Below are positions 49,368 to 58,534 of a DNA stretch of 58,534 nt, in pieces. Source of the DNA: Armatimonadota bacterium (lineage in GTDB: Bacteria > Sysuimicrobiota > Sysuimicrobiia > Sysuimicrobiales > Humicultoraceae). Location: the NCBI GenBank assembly GCA_052386995.1, contig JBQTJP010000213.1, positions 1 to 58,534 on the forward strand. Reading direction: 5' to 3'. How positions within the stretch are numbered: the first letter of the stretch is position 1; every line of letters starts with the position of its first letter. The notes beneath the pieces are model-generated. The model ran no database searches. It was not told where the DNA came from and saw only the letters and a list, made by a program, of their open reading frames with translations. The position numbers and the translations under genes are program-made.

Positions 49368-51136
49368 CTGACCTTTGAGGCCGACAGGGATGACGCCGGG
49401 CGTTCGGCGGGAACAGGATCGAGCACCTGAAGGCGCAACAGCCGCGCATACGTACCGTCGCGCGCCAGGAGCTCGTCGTGCCGGCCCTCTTCCACGACGG
49501 TTCCCTGATCGAGGACGATAATACGGTCCGCACCCCGCACGGTCGAAAGCCGATGGGCGATGATGAACGTCGTGCGGCCGCGGGCGACGCGATCGATCGC
49601 GTCCTGGATCAACGCTTCGGACTCGCTGTCCAGGGCCGAGGTTGCTTCATCCAGGATCAGCAGCCGGGGGTTGTTCAGCAGGGCCCGCGCGATGGCGAGC
49701 CGCTGCCGCTGGCCTCCCGATAGCTGCATCCCATCATCGCCCAGGATCGTCTCGTAACTCTGGCTCATTCCGACGATGAAGTCGTGGGCGTTCGCGGCTT
49801 TGGCCGCGGCGACGACCTCGTCCAGCGAGGCATCGGGCCGTGCGTAGGCGATGTTGTCACGCACGGTGCCGCGAAACAGGATCGTCTCCTGGGGCACCAG
49901 GCCGATCTGACGCCGCAGGGTTCTGACCGTCAACCGCCGCAGGTCCCAACCGTCGATCTCGACGCGGCCTGTCGCGGGCTCGTAGAACCTGGCGATCAGA
50001 TTCACCAGCGTCGTCTTGCCCGCGCCGGAGAGGCCGACCAGCGCAACACGTTCGCCCGGCGCGACGTCGAGATTCAGATCGCGCAGCACCCACTGATTCG
50101 GTTCGTAGGCGAACGAGACGTCCTCGAAGCGGACGTGCCCCGCGATCGGGGGCATTGGCACCGCGCCCGGCAGGTCATGGATCTGCGCGGGTTCATCGAG
50201 GAGCGCCCTGATTCTGCCGAAGGCGGCGAGGGCCTGCCGCAGCCCGGCGTAATGTCGCACCAGATTTTGCGCGGGCTGGATCGCCAGCGCGATATAGGCC
50301 AGGAAGGTCACGAGCGATCCGGTGGTCAGGCTGCCGGCGGCCACCCGCTGACCGCCGAACCACAGGACCAGCAGGATCCCGCCGGCGGTGAGAAAGTCGG
50401 CGGCGGCCACCTGAATGGCCACCATGCGGCCAATCTTGAGGTTGGCCCCGAAGGTCTGCTCGTTCTCCTGGCGGAACCGCCCGATCTCCCGGTCCTCTCG
50501 CGTGAACGCGCGGATGATCCTGGCCCCGGCGAACGCCTCGCGGATGAGCCCCGCGAGCCCCGCCACATGCGCCTGCGCCCGCGCGGTCGTACCCTGGATC
50601 TCCCGGCCGTAGGCGCGCGCCACGCCAAAGACGATCGGGATGACCAGACCGATGATCAGCGCCAGCTGCCAGTCGAGCCACAGCAGCATGCCGACAATCC
50701 CGATTACCGTCAGCGCCGCGGCGATCATGTCCACCAGTCCGGTCATGAACTCGGTCTGGATCACCTGTGTGTCCTGCAGGCTGCGGGCGATCGCGTCACC
50801 GCTCTGCCAGGCCGCGACCCGATCGAGGGACCAACGCTGTATGCGCGCGAAGAGGTCCTGCCGGATGTCGGCAATCGTGCGATGGCTCAGGAAATACGTC
50901 AGGTAGACCTGGGCGAACATCCCGACGCTGTGCATCGCGAACAACAGGAGCATCACCCCGGCCGCCCGGTTGATGAGGCCGAAGTCACGCGTGGTGATGA
51001 GGCGATCGATCAGACCGCCCGCGTAACTCGGCACGACCAGGTTGACCACGGTCACGACCAGCATCGAGACCATCGCGCCCGCCAGGGTGAGGCGATACGG
51101 AAGGACGTATTCGGCGAGCCGGCGGGTATCGTTCAT
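49364..51136 (-). CDS. msbA: MsbA-like ABC exporter (TMD-NBD)
   Basis: Six-TM N-half, GLSGAGKT, LSGGQRQR, ILDEATSALD; location among lpxB-like genes. Confidence 0.75.
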   Translation of the reverse strand: MNDTRRLAEYVLPYRLTLAGAMVSMLVVTVVNLVVPSYAGGLIDRLITTRDFGLINRAAGVMLLLFAMHSVGMFAQVYLTYFLSHRTIADIRQDLFARIQRWSLDRVAAWQSGDAIARSLQDTQVIQTEFMTGLVDMIAAALTVIGIVGMLLWLDWQLALIIGLVIPIVFGVARAYGREIQGTTARAQAHVAGLAGLIREAFAGARIIRAFTREDREIGRFRQENEQTFGANLKIGRMVAIQVAAADFLTAGGILLVLWFGGQRVAAGSLTTGSLVTFLAYIALAIQPAQNLVRHYAGLRQALAAFGRIRALLDEPAQIHDLPGAVPMPPIAGHVRFEDVSFAYEPNQWVLRDLNLDVAPGERVALVGLSGAGKTTLVNLIARFYEPATGRVEIDGWDLRRLTVRTLRRQIGLVPQETILFRGTVRDNIAYARPDASLDEVVAAAKAANAHDFIVGMSQSYETILGDDGMQLSGGQRQRLAIARALLNNPRLLILDEATSALDSESEALIQDAIDRVARGRTTFIIAHRLSTVRGADRIIVLDQGTVVEEGRHDELLARDGTYARLLRLQVLDPVPAERPASSLSASKVR

Positions 51137-52356
51137 CGCCCCTCCCAGGCGGAGCCCATCGCGGCGATGATGCGGCGCGAGGCGCCGGTATCGTTGGGAA
51201 TCGTCGACAGGTCCTCGGTGAGTCTGCGGCGGGCCTCCCGGTCGTTGAGCAGCTGGGCGCTCTCGGTGGCCACCTGCTCGGGGGTCACATCCCCGACAAG
51301 TTCAGGCATGATCCGGCGCCGGGCGCGCATGTTGGGCAGCGCGACGTACGGGATCCGCCGGATAGCCTCGCGGATATACAGTCGTTTCAGAGCGGGCCCG
51401 AGCACCGGTGCCCTGGTGATCCATTCGACGACGCCCTCGGTCGGAATGGGCAGCGTCCGGTTGGTGGGCAGCACGACAATGCTCGGGATGCGCATGAGGG
51501 CGAGCTCCAGCGTGTTCGACCCAGGAATCGTCAGCACGAGGTCCGACCCCAGGATCCCGGAAATGCCTCCGTCTTCGACATCAATCTGCTCCGCACGTAG
51601 GGTGCTCTGGTGACGCGCGATCATCGCCGTTCGCACGCCCGGCGAGACATACGGCGAGACCGCCACCGAGAGGTGGGCTTCCGGCAGTCGTGCGCGGAGC
51701 GCCGCGGCGGTCTGGACCCAGAACGGGAAGCACGCGGAAAAGACCGTATCGCGGCTCCCCGCCAGGAACGTGACCGTCGGACCCGAGCGATCACCATTGC
51801 GCGACGCACGGATCCCGTTGGTGCGTTCGGCCTTGGCGAGGTGTTCAAGCAGCGCGTCGTGGCGCGGATCGCCTGTGACGAGCACCTTGCCGGTAGGGAC
51901 ACCCCTGCGTACCAGCTCGTCGGCGACGTCGGCCGTGGGCACGAAGATGCGCTCATAGGCGTGGTGCGTACGGGCGATGTGCGGCCGCTCGACGAACGCG
52001 AAGGCTCGCGCGCCCCAGCGCCGCGCCAGTCGCCGCGAGTACCAGAAGTCCCCACCCACGTGAAGCACGACCGCCGCGGGCGGCGTCCACCCGGGCAGGC
52101 CCAGCCCGAGGCGCAGCGTGGCCCCCGGCCCGACGATGTGGTGGAACAAGCCGGCGGCCGCCGCGGCCGACTCCTCGCGTCCGCTCGCAAACTGACACGG
52201 AGGCAGGCAGAGGTCGATCTCGATCGACCGCTTCGCCTCAGACGCCCAGCGGTAGGCCTCGGCGGCGATGGGCAGGGCCCAACCGGCCACCTCACCCGGC
52301 CCGTTTCCAACGATGATGAGCGCGGACCGCGTCGCAGCGGACGTCATCGTGTTCAA
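51133..52356 (-). CDS. LpxB-like (lipid-A-disaccharide synthase family) glycosyltransferase
   Basis: NGPGE, GD, FLAGSR, PGSNTLELA, YVALPN, MPELVG; start TTG 52356 or ATG 52347. Confidence 0.75.
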   Translation of the reverse strand: MNTMTSAATRSALIIVGNGPGEVAGWALPIAAEAYRWASEAKRSIEIDLCLPPCQFASGREESAAAAAGLFHHIVGPGATLRLGLGLPGWTPPAAVVLHVGGDFWYSRRLARRWGARAFAFVERPHIARTHHAYERIFVPTADVADELVRRGVPTGKVLVTGDPRHDALLEHLAKAERTNGIRASRNGDRSGPTVTFLAGSRDTVFSACFPFWVQTAAALRARLPEAHLSVAVSPYVSPGVRTAMIARHQSTLRAEQIDVEDGGISGILGSDLVLTIPGSNTLELALMRIPSIVVLPTNRTLPIPTEGVVEWITRAPVLGPALKRLYIREAIRRIPYVALPNMRARRRIMPELVGDVTPEQVATESAQLLNDREARRRLTEDLSTIPNDTGASRRIIAAMGSAWEGR

Positions 52357-52364
52357 GACACCCC

Positions 52365-52393
52365 ATTATAATCTCCTTGACTGCGGGGTGCAA
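52365..52393 (-). promoter_or_regulatory. sigma70-type promoter TTGCAC-17-TATAAT
   Basis: Reverse complement of attata (52365-70) and gtgcaa (52388-93), 17-bp spacer, upstream of the lpxB-like operon. Confidence 0.65.
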
Positions 52394-52545
52394 TTTTCAT
52401 GGCGGGCGGGGACTAGACTCGTCGGAGGCCCGTTCCCTTCGCGCCGGGCCGTGCCGCTGCGCGATCCGCGTTGCGCGCGGATCAATACAGGGAAGGCGTA
52501 ACATCGGCAGAAGTAGGAACCCTAGTCTTCGCATCGGGGTGTTGC

Positions 52546-54108
52546 GTGCGTTGGAGCGTCATCATTGCCTTCGCGTCTGTCATTGTCTTCGCTCATACCG
52601 CCAGCGCACAGCAAGCCCCGGTCACCATAGAAGCCGATGTCATTACCTACGATGCCGTCCAGCAGGTCTCCACAGCGGAAGGTAACGTCCGGGCGGCCTT
52701 CGGCGGGTTCCGGCTTTTCGCGGACGCGGCGCGTGCCGACCTGCGCACCGGCGTCTTGACGGCAACCGGCCGCGTCCGGCTCCTTGATGCCGACGGAAGA
52801 GAACTTCGCGGGCAGACGCTCACCTACAACACGCGCACGGAGGAGGGCTTTCTCGAGCCGGTCGAAGGCCGCTTCGAGCGACGCGTGTACATCCGCGGCA
52901 GCCGTGTGGATGTAGCCCGGCGTATTTACGTCATGCACGACGCGACGGCCACGACCTGCGACCCGCAGCGTCCCATCTACCGCATCGCGGCACGGCGCAT
53001 CGAGGTCATCCCCGGTGAGGAGCTCGTCGCGTACGACGCCTCCGTCTTCCTGGGAGGCGTCCGGCTGTTTACGATCCCGCGCCTGCGGCTCTCCCTGCGC
53101 CCTGGTACCCCGGGTCCCCGCCTCCCCAGTGCCGGCTACAACGACACCGACGGTTTCTGGATGGACTACAGGTTTGACGTCCGCGCAGTAGGCGGTACCG
53201 GAGACCTCTACGTGAAGTACGGAACGCTGTCTGGCCCGTTTGCGCTCCTGACCCTCAGCCATGGATTTCCATCGTTCAGTACAAGGCTGCGGCTGGGGCG
53301 CACGCAGCTCACGGAGGAACCGCGTCTGTTCGGAACGCGCATCGATCTGTTTCGCTACGACGTCGCAGAGATCGGCGCCGCAACAAAGCCGATCCGCCTG
53401 GGCGCGCTGCCACTATCCTTGACGGCCTCGGCCACCGCTGGCTCGTATGCTGAACATTCCACAGGCGTGGCGACTTCGCGACTGGACGCCGAAGTCACGA
53501 TCGCGTCGGACGCGATCGTTTTGACTCCGAACTTGACATTCTCCGCCCAGGGCGCGTTTCGCGTCTCTTCCTACGGAACCGGTGCGTACAGGACGATCAC
53601 GTCCTTCACCGCGGCGTTCAACTATGGCCTGGATCGCTACACCGGGGTCGGGATCGGGTACACGCATATCGGCGTCAACGGACTCACCCCGTTGACCATT
53701 GATAGCGTCAATCAGGCCAGCGCATTCGTCCTGAATCTTAGCCGGGCGGTCCCGGGCCGCTACCAGATCGCGACGACGCTGTTCTACAATGCCGCGGTCC
53801 CCGAGACCGGCGTGCTTGCTTTCGTTGGCGTCACTCTATCGCCGAGCCTGGAGATCGGTGTGTTCGCCGACTACAATTTCCGCCTCGTTGCTTTCAACGA
53901 CCTGGACTACACTGTTCGATGGACCTGTGACTGCATCGACATCGTGGTCCGCTACCGGCAGATCCGGCGCGCCATTTCAATCACGTTCGGCCTGACCGGC
54001 TTTAGCGAGCGCGGGATTTCTTTCGACTTCCTCCGCAGCGGTTTCACCCAGCCCGGGGTCGTTCCTGTTGCGGAGCAGCCATCCATACCGCTCCTTTCGC
54101 AACCATGA
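52546..54108 (+). CDS. lptD: LptD-like LPS-assembly outer-membrane protein
   Basis: Signal peptide, OstA domain (IEAD, AEGNV, YNTRT, TTCDP...Y), beta-strand-rich C-half with CDC. Confidence 0.7.
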   Translation: MRWSVIIAFASVIVFAHTASAQQAPVTIEADVITYDAVQQVSTAEGNVRAAFGGFRLFADAARADLRTGVLTATGRVRLLDADGRELRGQTLTYNTRTEEGFLEPVEGRFERRVYIRGSRVDVARRIYVMHDATATTCDPQRPIYRIAARRIEVIPGEELVAYDASVFLGGVRLFTIPRLRLSLRPGTPGPRLPSAGYNDTDGFWMDYRFDVRAVGGTGDLYVKYGTLSGPFALLTLSHGFPSFSTRLRLGRTQLTEEPRLFGTRIDLFRYDVAEIGAATKPIRLGALPLSLTASATAGSYAEHSTGVATSRLDAEVTIASDAIVLTPNLTFSAQGAFRVSSYGTGAYRTITSFTAAFNYGLDRYTGVGIGYTHIGVNGLTPLTIDSVNQASAFVLNLSRAVPGRYQIATTLFYNAAVPETGVLAFVGVTLSPSLEIGVFADYNFRLVAFNDLDYTVRWTCDCIDIVVRYRQIRRAISITFGLTGFSERGISFDFLRSGFTQPGVVPVAEQPSIPLLSQP

Positions 54109-55475
54109 CCATCCCGCCCGAGATCTTCCGCGAGTACGATATCCGCGGCGTGGTCGGCTCGGAGCTGACCGCGGAGAGCGCGCGCCAGATCGGCCGGGCC
54201 TATGCCGCGGAGATGAGCACGCCCGGCGGTCCGGTGTGCCTTGGGCGCGATAATCGGGAGCACTCCCCCGCGATGGCGTCTGCGGTCGCCGACGGCCTGG
54301 TTGCATCGGGGTGTGCGGTGACCGACATCGGCACGGTTATCACTCCCACGTTCTATTTTGCGCGCGTGCACCTGGGCATCGACGGTGGCGTGATGGTCAC
54401 CGCCAGCCACAATCCGTCGGAGTTCAACGGGTTCAAGCTCGCGGGCGGCTTCGGGACGCTGTACGGCGATCAGATTCAGACCGTCCGAGCCCGCGCCGAG
54501 ACCGGACCGTTTCTCGACGGCCGCGGCTCCATCGCATCGCGGGAAGTCACCACCGACTATCTCCGCATGCTTGAGGATCGTGTTAGGCTCGGCCCGCGCC
54601 GGCTGCGCGTGGCGCTAGATTGCGGCAACGGCACCGCCAGTCTCGTCGCCCCGCAGGCGCTCGCGGCCTGGGGAGTGGAGGTCGTCCCGCTGTATTGCGA
54701 CTCCGACCCGCGATTCCCCCATCACCACCCCGACCCGGTCGACCCGCACAACCTCGCAGACCTGATCAACCTGGTCAAGAGCCGCACATGCGACCTCGGC
54801 ATCGGCCTCGACGGCGATGGCGACCGCATCGGGGTCGTCGATGATCGCGGTGAGATCATCTGGGGCGATCTCTTGATGATCCTCTACTGGCGCGAGATCA
54901 TGTCCCGCTATCCGGGGTCGCAGGTCATCGTCGAGGTGAAGTGCTCGCAGGCGCTGGTCGAGGAGGTGACGCGCCTGGGCGGCCACCCCTTCTTCTACCG
55001 CACCGGCCACTCGCTGATCAAGGCGAAGATGCGCGAGATCGGCGCCGTCTTCACCGGGGAGATGTCCGGGCACATGTTCTTCGCCGACGAGTACTACGGG
55101 TTCGACGACGCGGTGTACGCGGCGGGCCGCCTGCTCCGCATTCTTTCCAACGCCGACGCGCCGTTGTCGGGGTTGCTCGCCGACGTCCCCCGTTATCCGA
55201 TCACCCCGGAGACCCGTGTGAGTTGTCCCGATGCCCGAAAGTTCGCGATCGTCGAACGGCTGACCGCACACTTCAAACGAAACTACCAGGTCATCGACGT
55301 CGACGGCGCGCGCGTGCTGTTTCCCGCGGGGTGGGGGCTCATCCGGGCGAGCAACACGCAGCCCGCCCTCGTGCTTCGTGCCGAGGCCACGACCGCGCCG
55401 GCCCTCGAACGCATCAAGGCTGAGATCGAAGCGGCACTCCGTCAGTTCCCCGAGGTTTCCGCGCCGCAGTGGTAG
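54105..55475 (+). CDS. Phosphomannomutase/phosphoglucomutase (AlgC-like)
   Basis: FREYDIRG, TASHNP, DGDGDR, GEMSGH, RASNT. Confidence 0.93.
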   Translation: MTIPPEIFREYDIRGVVGSELTAESARQIGRAYAAEMSTPGGPVCLGRDNREHSPAMASAVADGLVASGCAVTDIGTVITPTFYFARVHLGIDGGVMVTASHNPSEFNGFKLAGGFGTLYGDQIQTVRARAETGPFLDGRGSIASREVTTDYLRMLEDRVRLGPRRLRVALDCGNGTASLVAPQALAAWGVEVVPLYCDSDPRFPHHHPDPVDPHNLADLINLVKSRTCDLGIGLDGDGDRIGVVDDRGEIIWGDLLMILYWREIMSRYPGSQVIVEVKCSQALVEEVTRLGGHPFFYRTGHSLIKAKMREIGAVFTGEMSGHMFFADEYYGFDDAVYAAGRLLRILSNADAPLSGLLADVPRYPITPETRVSCPDARKFAIVERLTAHFKRNYQVIDVDGARVLFPAGWGLIRASNTQPALVLRAEATTAPALERIKAEIEAALRQFPEVSAPQW

Positions 55476-56718
55476 CGGGAGGGCTGCCCGCGGCGGCCGG
55501 CGCCAGGTAGCGCTCACCCGCCGCCCCGATCGCAAAGAGCACGAGAAAGCCGAAGCCGCCATGCACGGTCAGCACGGTGCCGTCAAAGAGCTGGTTGGTC
55601 AGAAACGTCACGAGCGCAGCCAGCACGGCCATTGCCGCCGCCCGTCCCGCCGAGGCCGGCGGACTGCGGGCAAGCCAGCGCCACATAGAGAGGAGCCCGA
55701 CCGCGCACAGGCCGACAAACGCGGCCACGCCCACCACACCCGTTTCGGCCGCAAAGTTCAGGAAGATGTTGTGAGCGGTCGGCGGGTCACGGTCGGAGGC
55801 ATCCGCCGGACGATACCGGTGAAACGCCTGGGTGAAGGTGCCAAAACCCGTGCCCAAGAGGGGGTGATCGGCGACCATGCGCGGCACGGTTTTCCACAGT
55901 TGAAGCCGGTTTCGGTTCGCCTCGAGGCTACCCATCGATCGGATTTTTGTGGAGATCGGCCGCTCTACGGGCAATGCGCCACCCTCGGCTCCGGTGGCAC
56001 CGGCGCAGGCGCGGGACAGGAGCGCGACGGTGAGCAGTCCTCCCGCAACGGCGCAGCCCAGGGCGAACGCGAGTCGAGCGCGTCCCTGAGTGCCCACAAT
56101 GGCGAGCACTACGACGCCCGCGGCGGTTCCCAGCCAGGCCGCGCGCGACATCGCGGCGACCAGCCCGGCGAATATGACGGTGACGGCGGCGATTACCCAC
56201 CAGCGGACTTTCAGCGTGCCGCCGGTCAGCAGCCCCAGCGCAACGATGAGCGAGGAGGCCAGCGTCGTGCCGAGCGGATTCGAGGTCGGCCCCATGGCGG
56301 CGGTCGGGAGGACCGTAAAGCAGCTTGACCAGGATTGGGCGAGGCCCCACACGGCGGCGGCAACCCCGCCGCCGACCCAGAGGAGCAGGAGCGCGGTGAC
56401 CCTGTCAACTCTCCCTTTGACGTAGGCCGCGGCGGTCGGAATCACGATCGCCACGGCCAGGAGGAAGTACACGGCGGCCGGAAGCGAGTGCTCGCGCCAG
56501 GGCGACGCGAGCGTGGATCCAACGACCGCAAGCGCCAGCGCGCCAAACGGCAGATCGAGCGCCGTCGGCACCCATCGCCACCGCCGGGAAACCACCTCCC
56601 AGGCGACAACGATCAGAAGGGCAATCATCCCCGGGATGGCAAGCCCGACGGGATAGAGCGCCACCGTTAACAGGAGCGCCGCGTTCCTGACGCGACTATC
56701 CTGCATGACCGCACTCAC
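55414..56718 (-). CDS. O-antigen ligase (WaaL/Wzy_C) family protein
   Basis: Multi-TM; SRAAWLG, R.QLW, HPLLGTGFG, AHNIFLNFAAETG. Confidence 0.85.
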   Translation of the reverse strand: MSAVMQDSRVRNAALLLTVALYPVGLAIPGMIALLIVVAWEVVSRRWRWVPTALDLPFGALALAVVGSTLASPWREHSLPAAVYFLLAVAIVIPTAAAYVKGRVDRVTALLLLWVGGGVAAAVWGLAQSWSSCFTVLPTAAMGPTSNPLGTTLASSLIVALGLLTGGTLKVRWWVIAAVTVIFAGLVAAMSRAAWLGTAAGVVVLAIVGTQGRARLAFALGCAVAGGLLTVALLSRACAGATGAEGGALPVERPISTKIRSMGSLEANRNRLQLWKTVPRMVADHPLLGTGFGTFTQAFHRYRPADASDRDPPTAHNIFLNFAAETGVVGVAAFVGLCAVGLLSMWRWLARSPPASAGRAAAMAVLAALVTFLTNQLFDGTVLTVHGGFGFLVLFAIGAAGERYLAPAAAGSPPATTAARKPRGTDGVPLRSQP

Positions 56719-57914
56719 GCGCTCGACCCGGACCGCCCCCCGCCCGCCGCCCCCAGCGCAAGGAGCGCGAGGAGGCCGAAGCCGGCGTGCACGGTGAGCG
56801 CAGTGCCCTCGAAGAGTTGGTTGACCAGGAACGTGACCAGCGCGGCGAGCACTGCCGTCGCCGCGGCGCGCCCGGGCGAGCCCGGAGGGCTACGGGTGAA
56901 CCATCGCCAGGTCGAATACACGCCGGCCGCGCACAGACTGACGATCGCGAGGAAACCAACGACGCCGGTTTCGACCGCGAAGTTCAGGAAGATGTTGTGC
57001 GCGAATGGGGGGTTCACATCGATCGAGTCCGCCGGGCGATAGTGAGGCCAGACATGAGCAAACGAACCATAGCCGGTGCCGAGGATGGGATGGTCGGCGA
57101 TGATCTTCGGCGCTGTCCGCCACAACGCGAGACGACTGCGATTGGCGTTCAAGTCGGTCATCGACCGGATTTCCTGGCGCAGGACCGGCCACCGCGGCAA
57201 CGCGGCCCCCACGAGCCCGATCAGACCGGCGCAGGCCACAGCCAGCACGAGCCGCGCGCGCGGCGGCGCCCCCACCAGCATCAACGCAATGACACCCGCG
57301 GCCGCCCCGACCCATGCCGCCCGTGCCAGCGTCGCCACCAGGCCTGCGGCGATCACGACCAGGCCTATGCCCCATGCCCACCGACGCCGGAACGCGCCGT
57401 TCATGAGCAGGGCAAGGCCGAGGACAGCGGCCACCGCAAGCGTCGTGCCGAGGGTATTGGCATCGATGACAGGCGTACCGACGCCGGGAACCCACGCGCC
57501 GACGCCTCGTGGAGACACCCGCGCAAACGCCGCCGGCCGGGAATACGCGAGCGCCAGTACGGCCGCGGCGACTCCGCCGGCGCTCCACACGACGAGGAGC
57601 CGGACGACGCGATCGCCACCGCCGATCGCATAGGCCACCACGGGCCGGATCGAGACCAGCACCGCGAACAGAAGGTAGGCGACAAGGGTCACGGTTTGCG
57701 CGCGCCACGGCGAGACGACCGTGGATGCCAGGACGGCAATGATCACGGCCAGCAGGGGCAGGTCGATGGCTGTTGGAATCCAGCGCCAGGAACGGAGGAG
57801 CACCTCGACGACGAGGACCCCGAGCAACAGGACGAGAGCCCCGGTGGTGAATCCTGAGGTGTAGACCGCGACGGTCAGGAGGAGGATCGCGTCTCGAATC
57901 CGATCAATCCACAC
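56715..57914 (-). CDS. O-antigen ligase (WaaL/Wzy_C) family protein
   Basis: ARAAWVG, RLALW, HPILGTGYG, AHNIFLNFAVETG. Confidence 0.85.
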   Translation of the reverse strand: MWIDRIRDAILLLTVAVYTSGFTTGALVLLLGVLVVEVLLRSWRWIPTAIDLPLLAVIIAVLASTVVSPWRAQTVTLVAYLLFAVLVSIRPVVAYAIGGGDRVVRLLVVWSAGGVAAAVLALAYSRPAAFARVSPRGVGAWVPGVGTPVIDANTLGTTLAVAAVLGLALLMNGAFRRRWAWGIGLVVIAAGLVATLARAAWVGAAAGVIALMLVGAPPRARLVLAVACAGLIGLVGAALPRWPVLRQEIRSMTDLNANRSRLALWRTAPKIIADHPILGTGYGSFAHVWPHYRPADSIDVNPPFAHNIFLNFAVETGVVGFLAIVSLCAAGVYSTWRWFTRSPPGSPGRAAATAVLAALVTFLVNQLFEGTALTVHAGFGLLALLALGAAGGGRSGSSA

Positions 57915-57963
57915 GGTTCTCCATTATAATAGGGCGGATAGTATTACGGGAATTTACGAGAAG

Positions 57964-58534
57964 ATGCCACCGCCGACCCGAATCGCGCCTCGTGCGTACC
58001 CAGCCACCCTCACTCAGGGCGTGTTTCCCCGCCGATCGGTGTTGTCGCTTCGTTTGTCCGAGCGGAAGGTGCTCCTCTATGCCGCCGATATCCTGGCGAT
58101 CATCGTCGCCCTGTCGCTGGTTCTCGCCTGGCGGTTCAGACTCCCCCTCGGATGGCGCACGGTCGTCGCGAACCCCATGTGGTTTGGGCTCCTGGTCGGT
58201 CTGTGGAGCGTCTTCGCACCTCTGCTGAACGCCTACGATCTGCGGAGGGCAGCGAGGGTCCAGAGCGGCGCAGCCCTCGGGATCGCCGTGGCCCTGGCCG
58301 TGGCCGGCATCTATCTGCTCATCCCATACCTGACCCCGCCCCTGCACACCTCCCGGCTGACCGCGGCAACGTTTGCCCTTCTCATGGTTGGACTGGTGGC
58401 GCTCGTGCGCATCGGTTACGCCGGCTTGTTGATGCAGCCGACCTTCCGCCACCGCGTGGTGATCGCGGGCGCGGGATGGGCGGGTCGGACATTGGTCGAG
58501 GCCGTGCAGACGCACGCCAGCACCGAGTACGATC
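57964..58534 (+). CDS. Polyprenyl glycosylphosphotransferase (WbaP/WcaJ-like), partial
   Basis: Read manually from ATG 57964: ERKVLLYAAD, four TM segments, YDL, RVVIAGAGWAG CoA-binding-like motif; runs off the window. Confidence 0.7.
   Translation, partial: MPPPTRIAPRAYPATLTQGVFPRRSVLSLRLSERKVLLYAADILAIIVALSLVLAWRFRLPLGWRTVVANPMWFGLLVGLWSVFAPLLNAYDLRRAARVQSGAALGIAVALAVAGIYLLIPYLTPPLHTSRLTAATFALLMVGLVALVRIGYAGLLMQPTFRHRVVIAGAGWAGRTLVEAVQTHASTEYD

Noticed and set aside
55414-55475. Convergent 3' overlaps (also 46336-46381, 25111-25133, 44011-44014)
   Set aside because: Short tail-to-tail overlaps are common in compact high-GC genomes; no further signal

Overview
A gene-dense, high-GC bacterial chromosomal segment, mostly core metabolism. 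The mix of Thermus/Bacillus-like enzymes with outer-membrane genes suggests a diderm Terrabacteria lineage such as Armatimonadota/CSP1-3; this is inference only. About 50 CDSs can be supported. In order: a fused peptide-ABC permease, an animal-type transketolase, a qor + Rieske ferredoxin + nuoB-D-I-C block with no membrane arm, a Tat molybdoenzyme with a membrane partner, a branched-chain 2-oxoacid dehydrogenase operon with lipA, a Uma2 nuclease and a methyltransferase pseudogene, and an FNR-ispD-ispF-dxr MEP operon. Next come moeB, two Zn-dehydrogenases converging on a cupin + ferritin-like operon, a TAXI-TRAP transporter, iscA-nifU, and rtcB carrying a 504-aa LAGLIDADG intein. The right half holds an acyl-CoA dehydrogenase-yitJ-SRPBCC-mrp-ALDH-lptA-fba-aroE run, a moaD-moaE fusion, and an LPS-like envelope cluster (two LpxB-like proteins, MsbA, two GT2, LptD, PMM, two WaaL, WbaP-like). 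No tRNA, rRNA, CRISPR array or IS element was seen. The best candidate for a new system is the NADP-type + NAD-type dehydrogenase pair plus a methylsulfurylase-like cupin beside dxr/ispDF. It could be a RubisCO-like-protein-independent, DXS-bypassing route from SAM by-products to DXP. The stand-alone complex I quinone module behind a Rieske ferredoxin is the second candidate.
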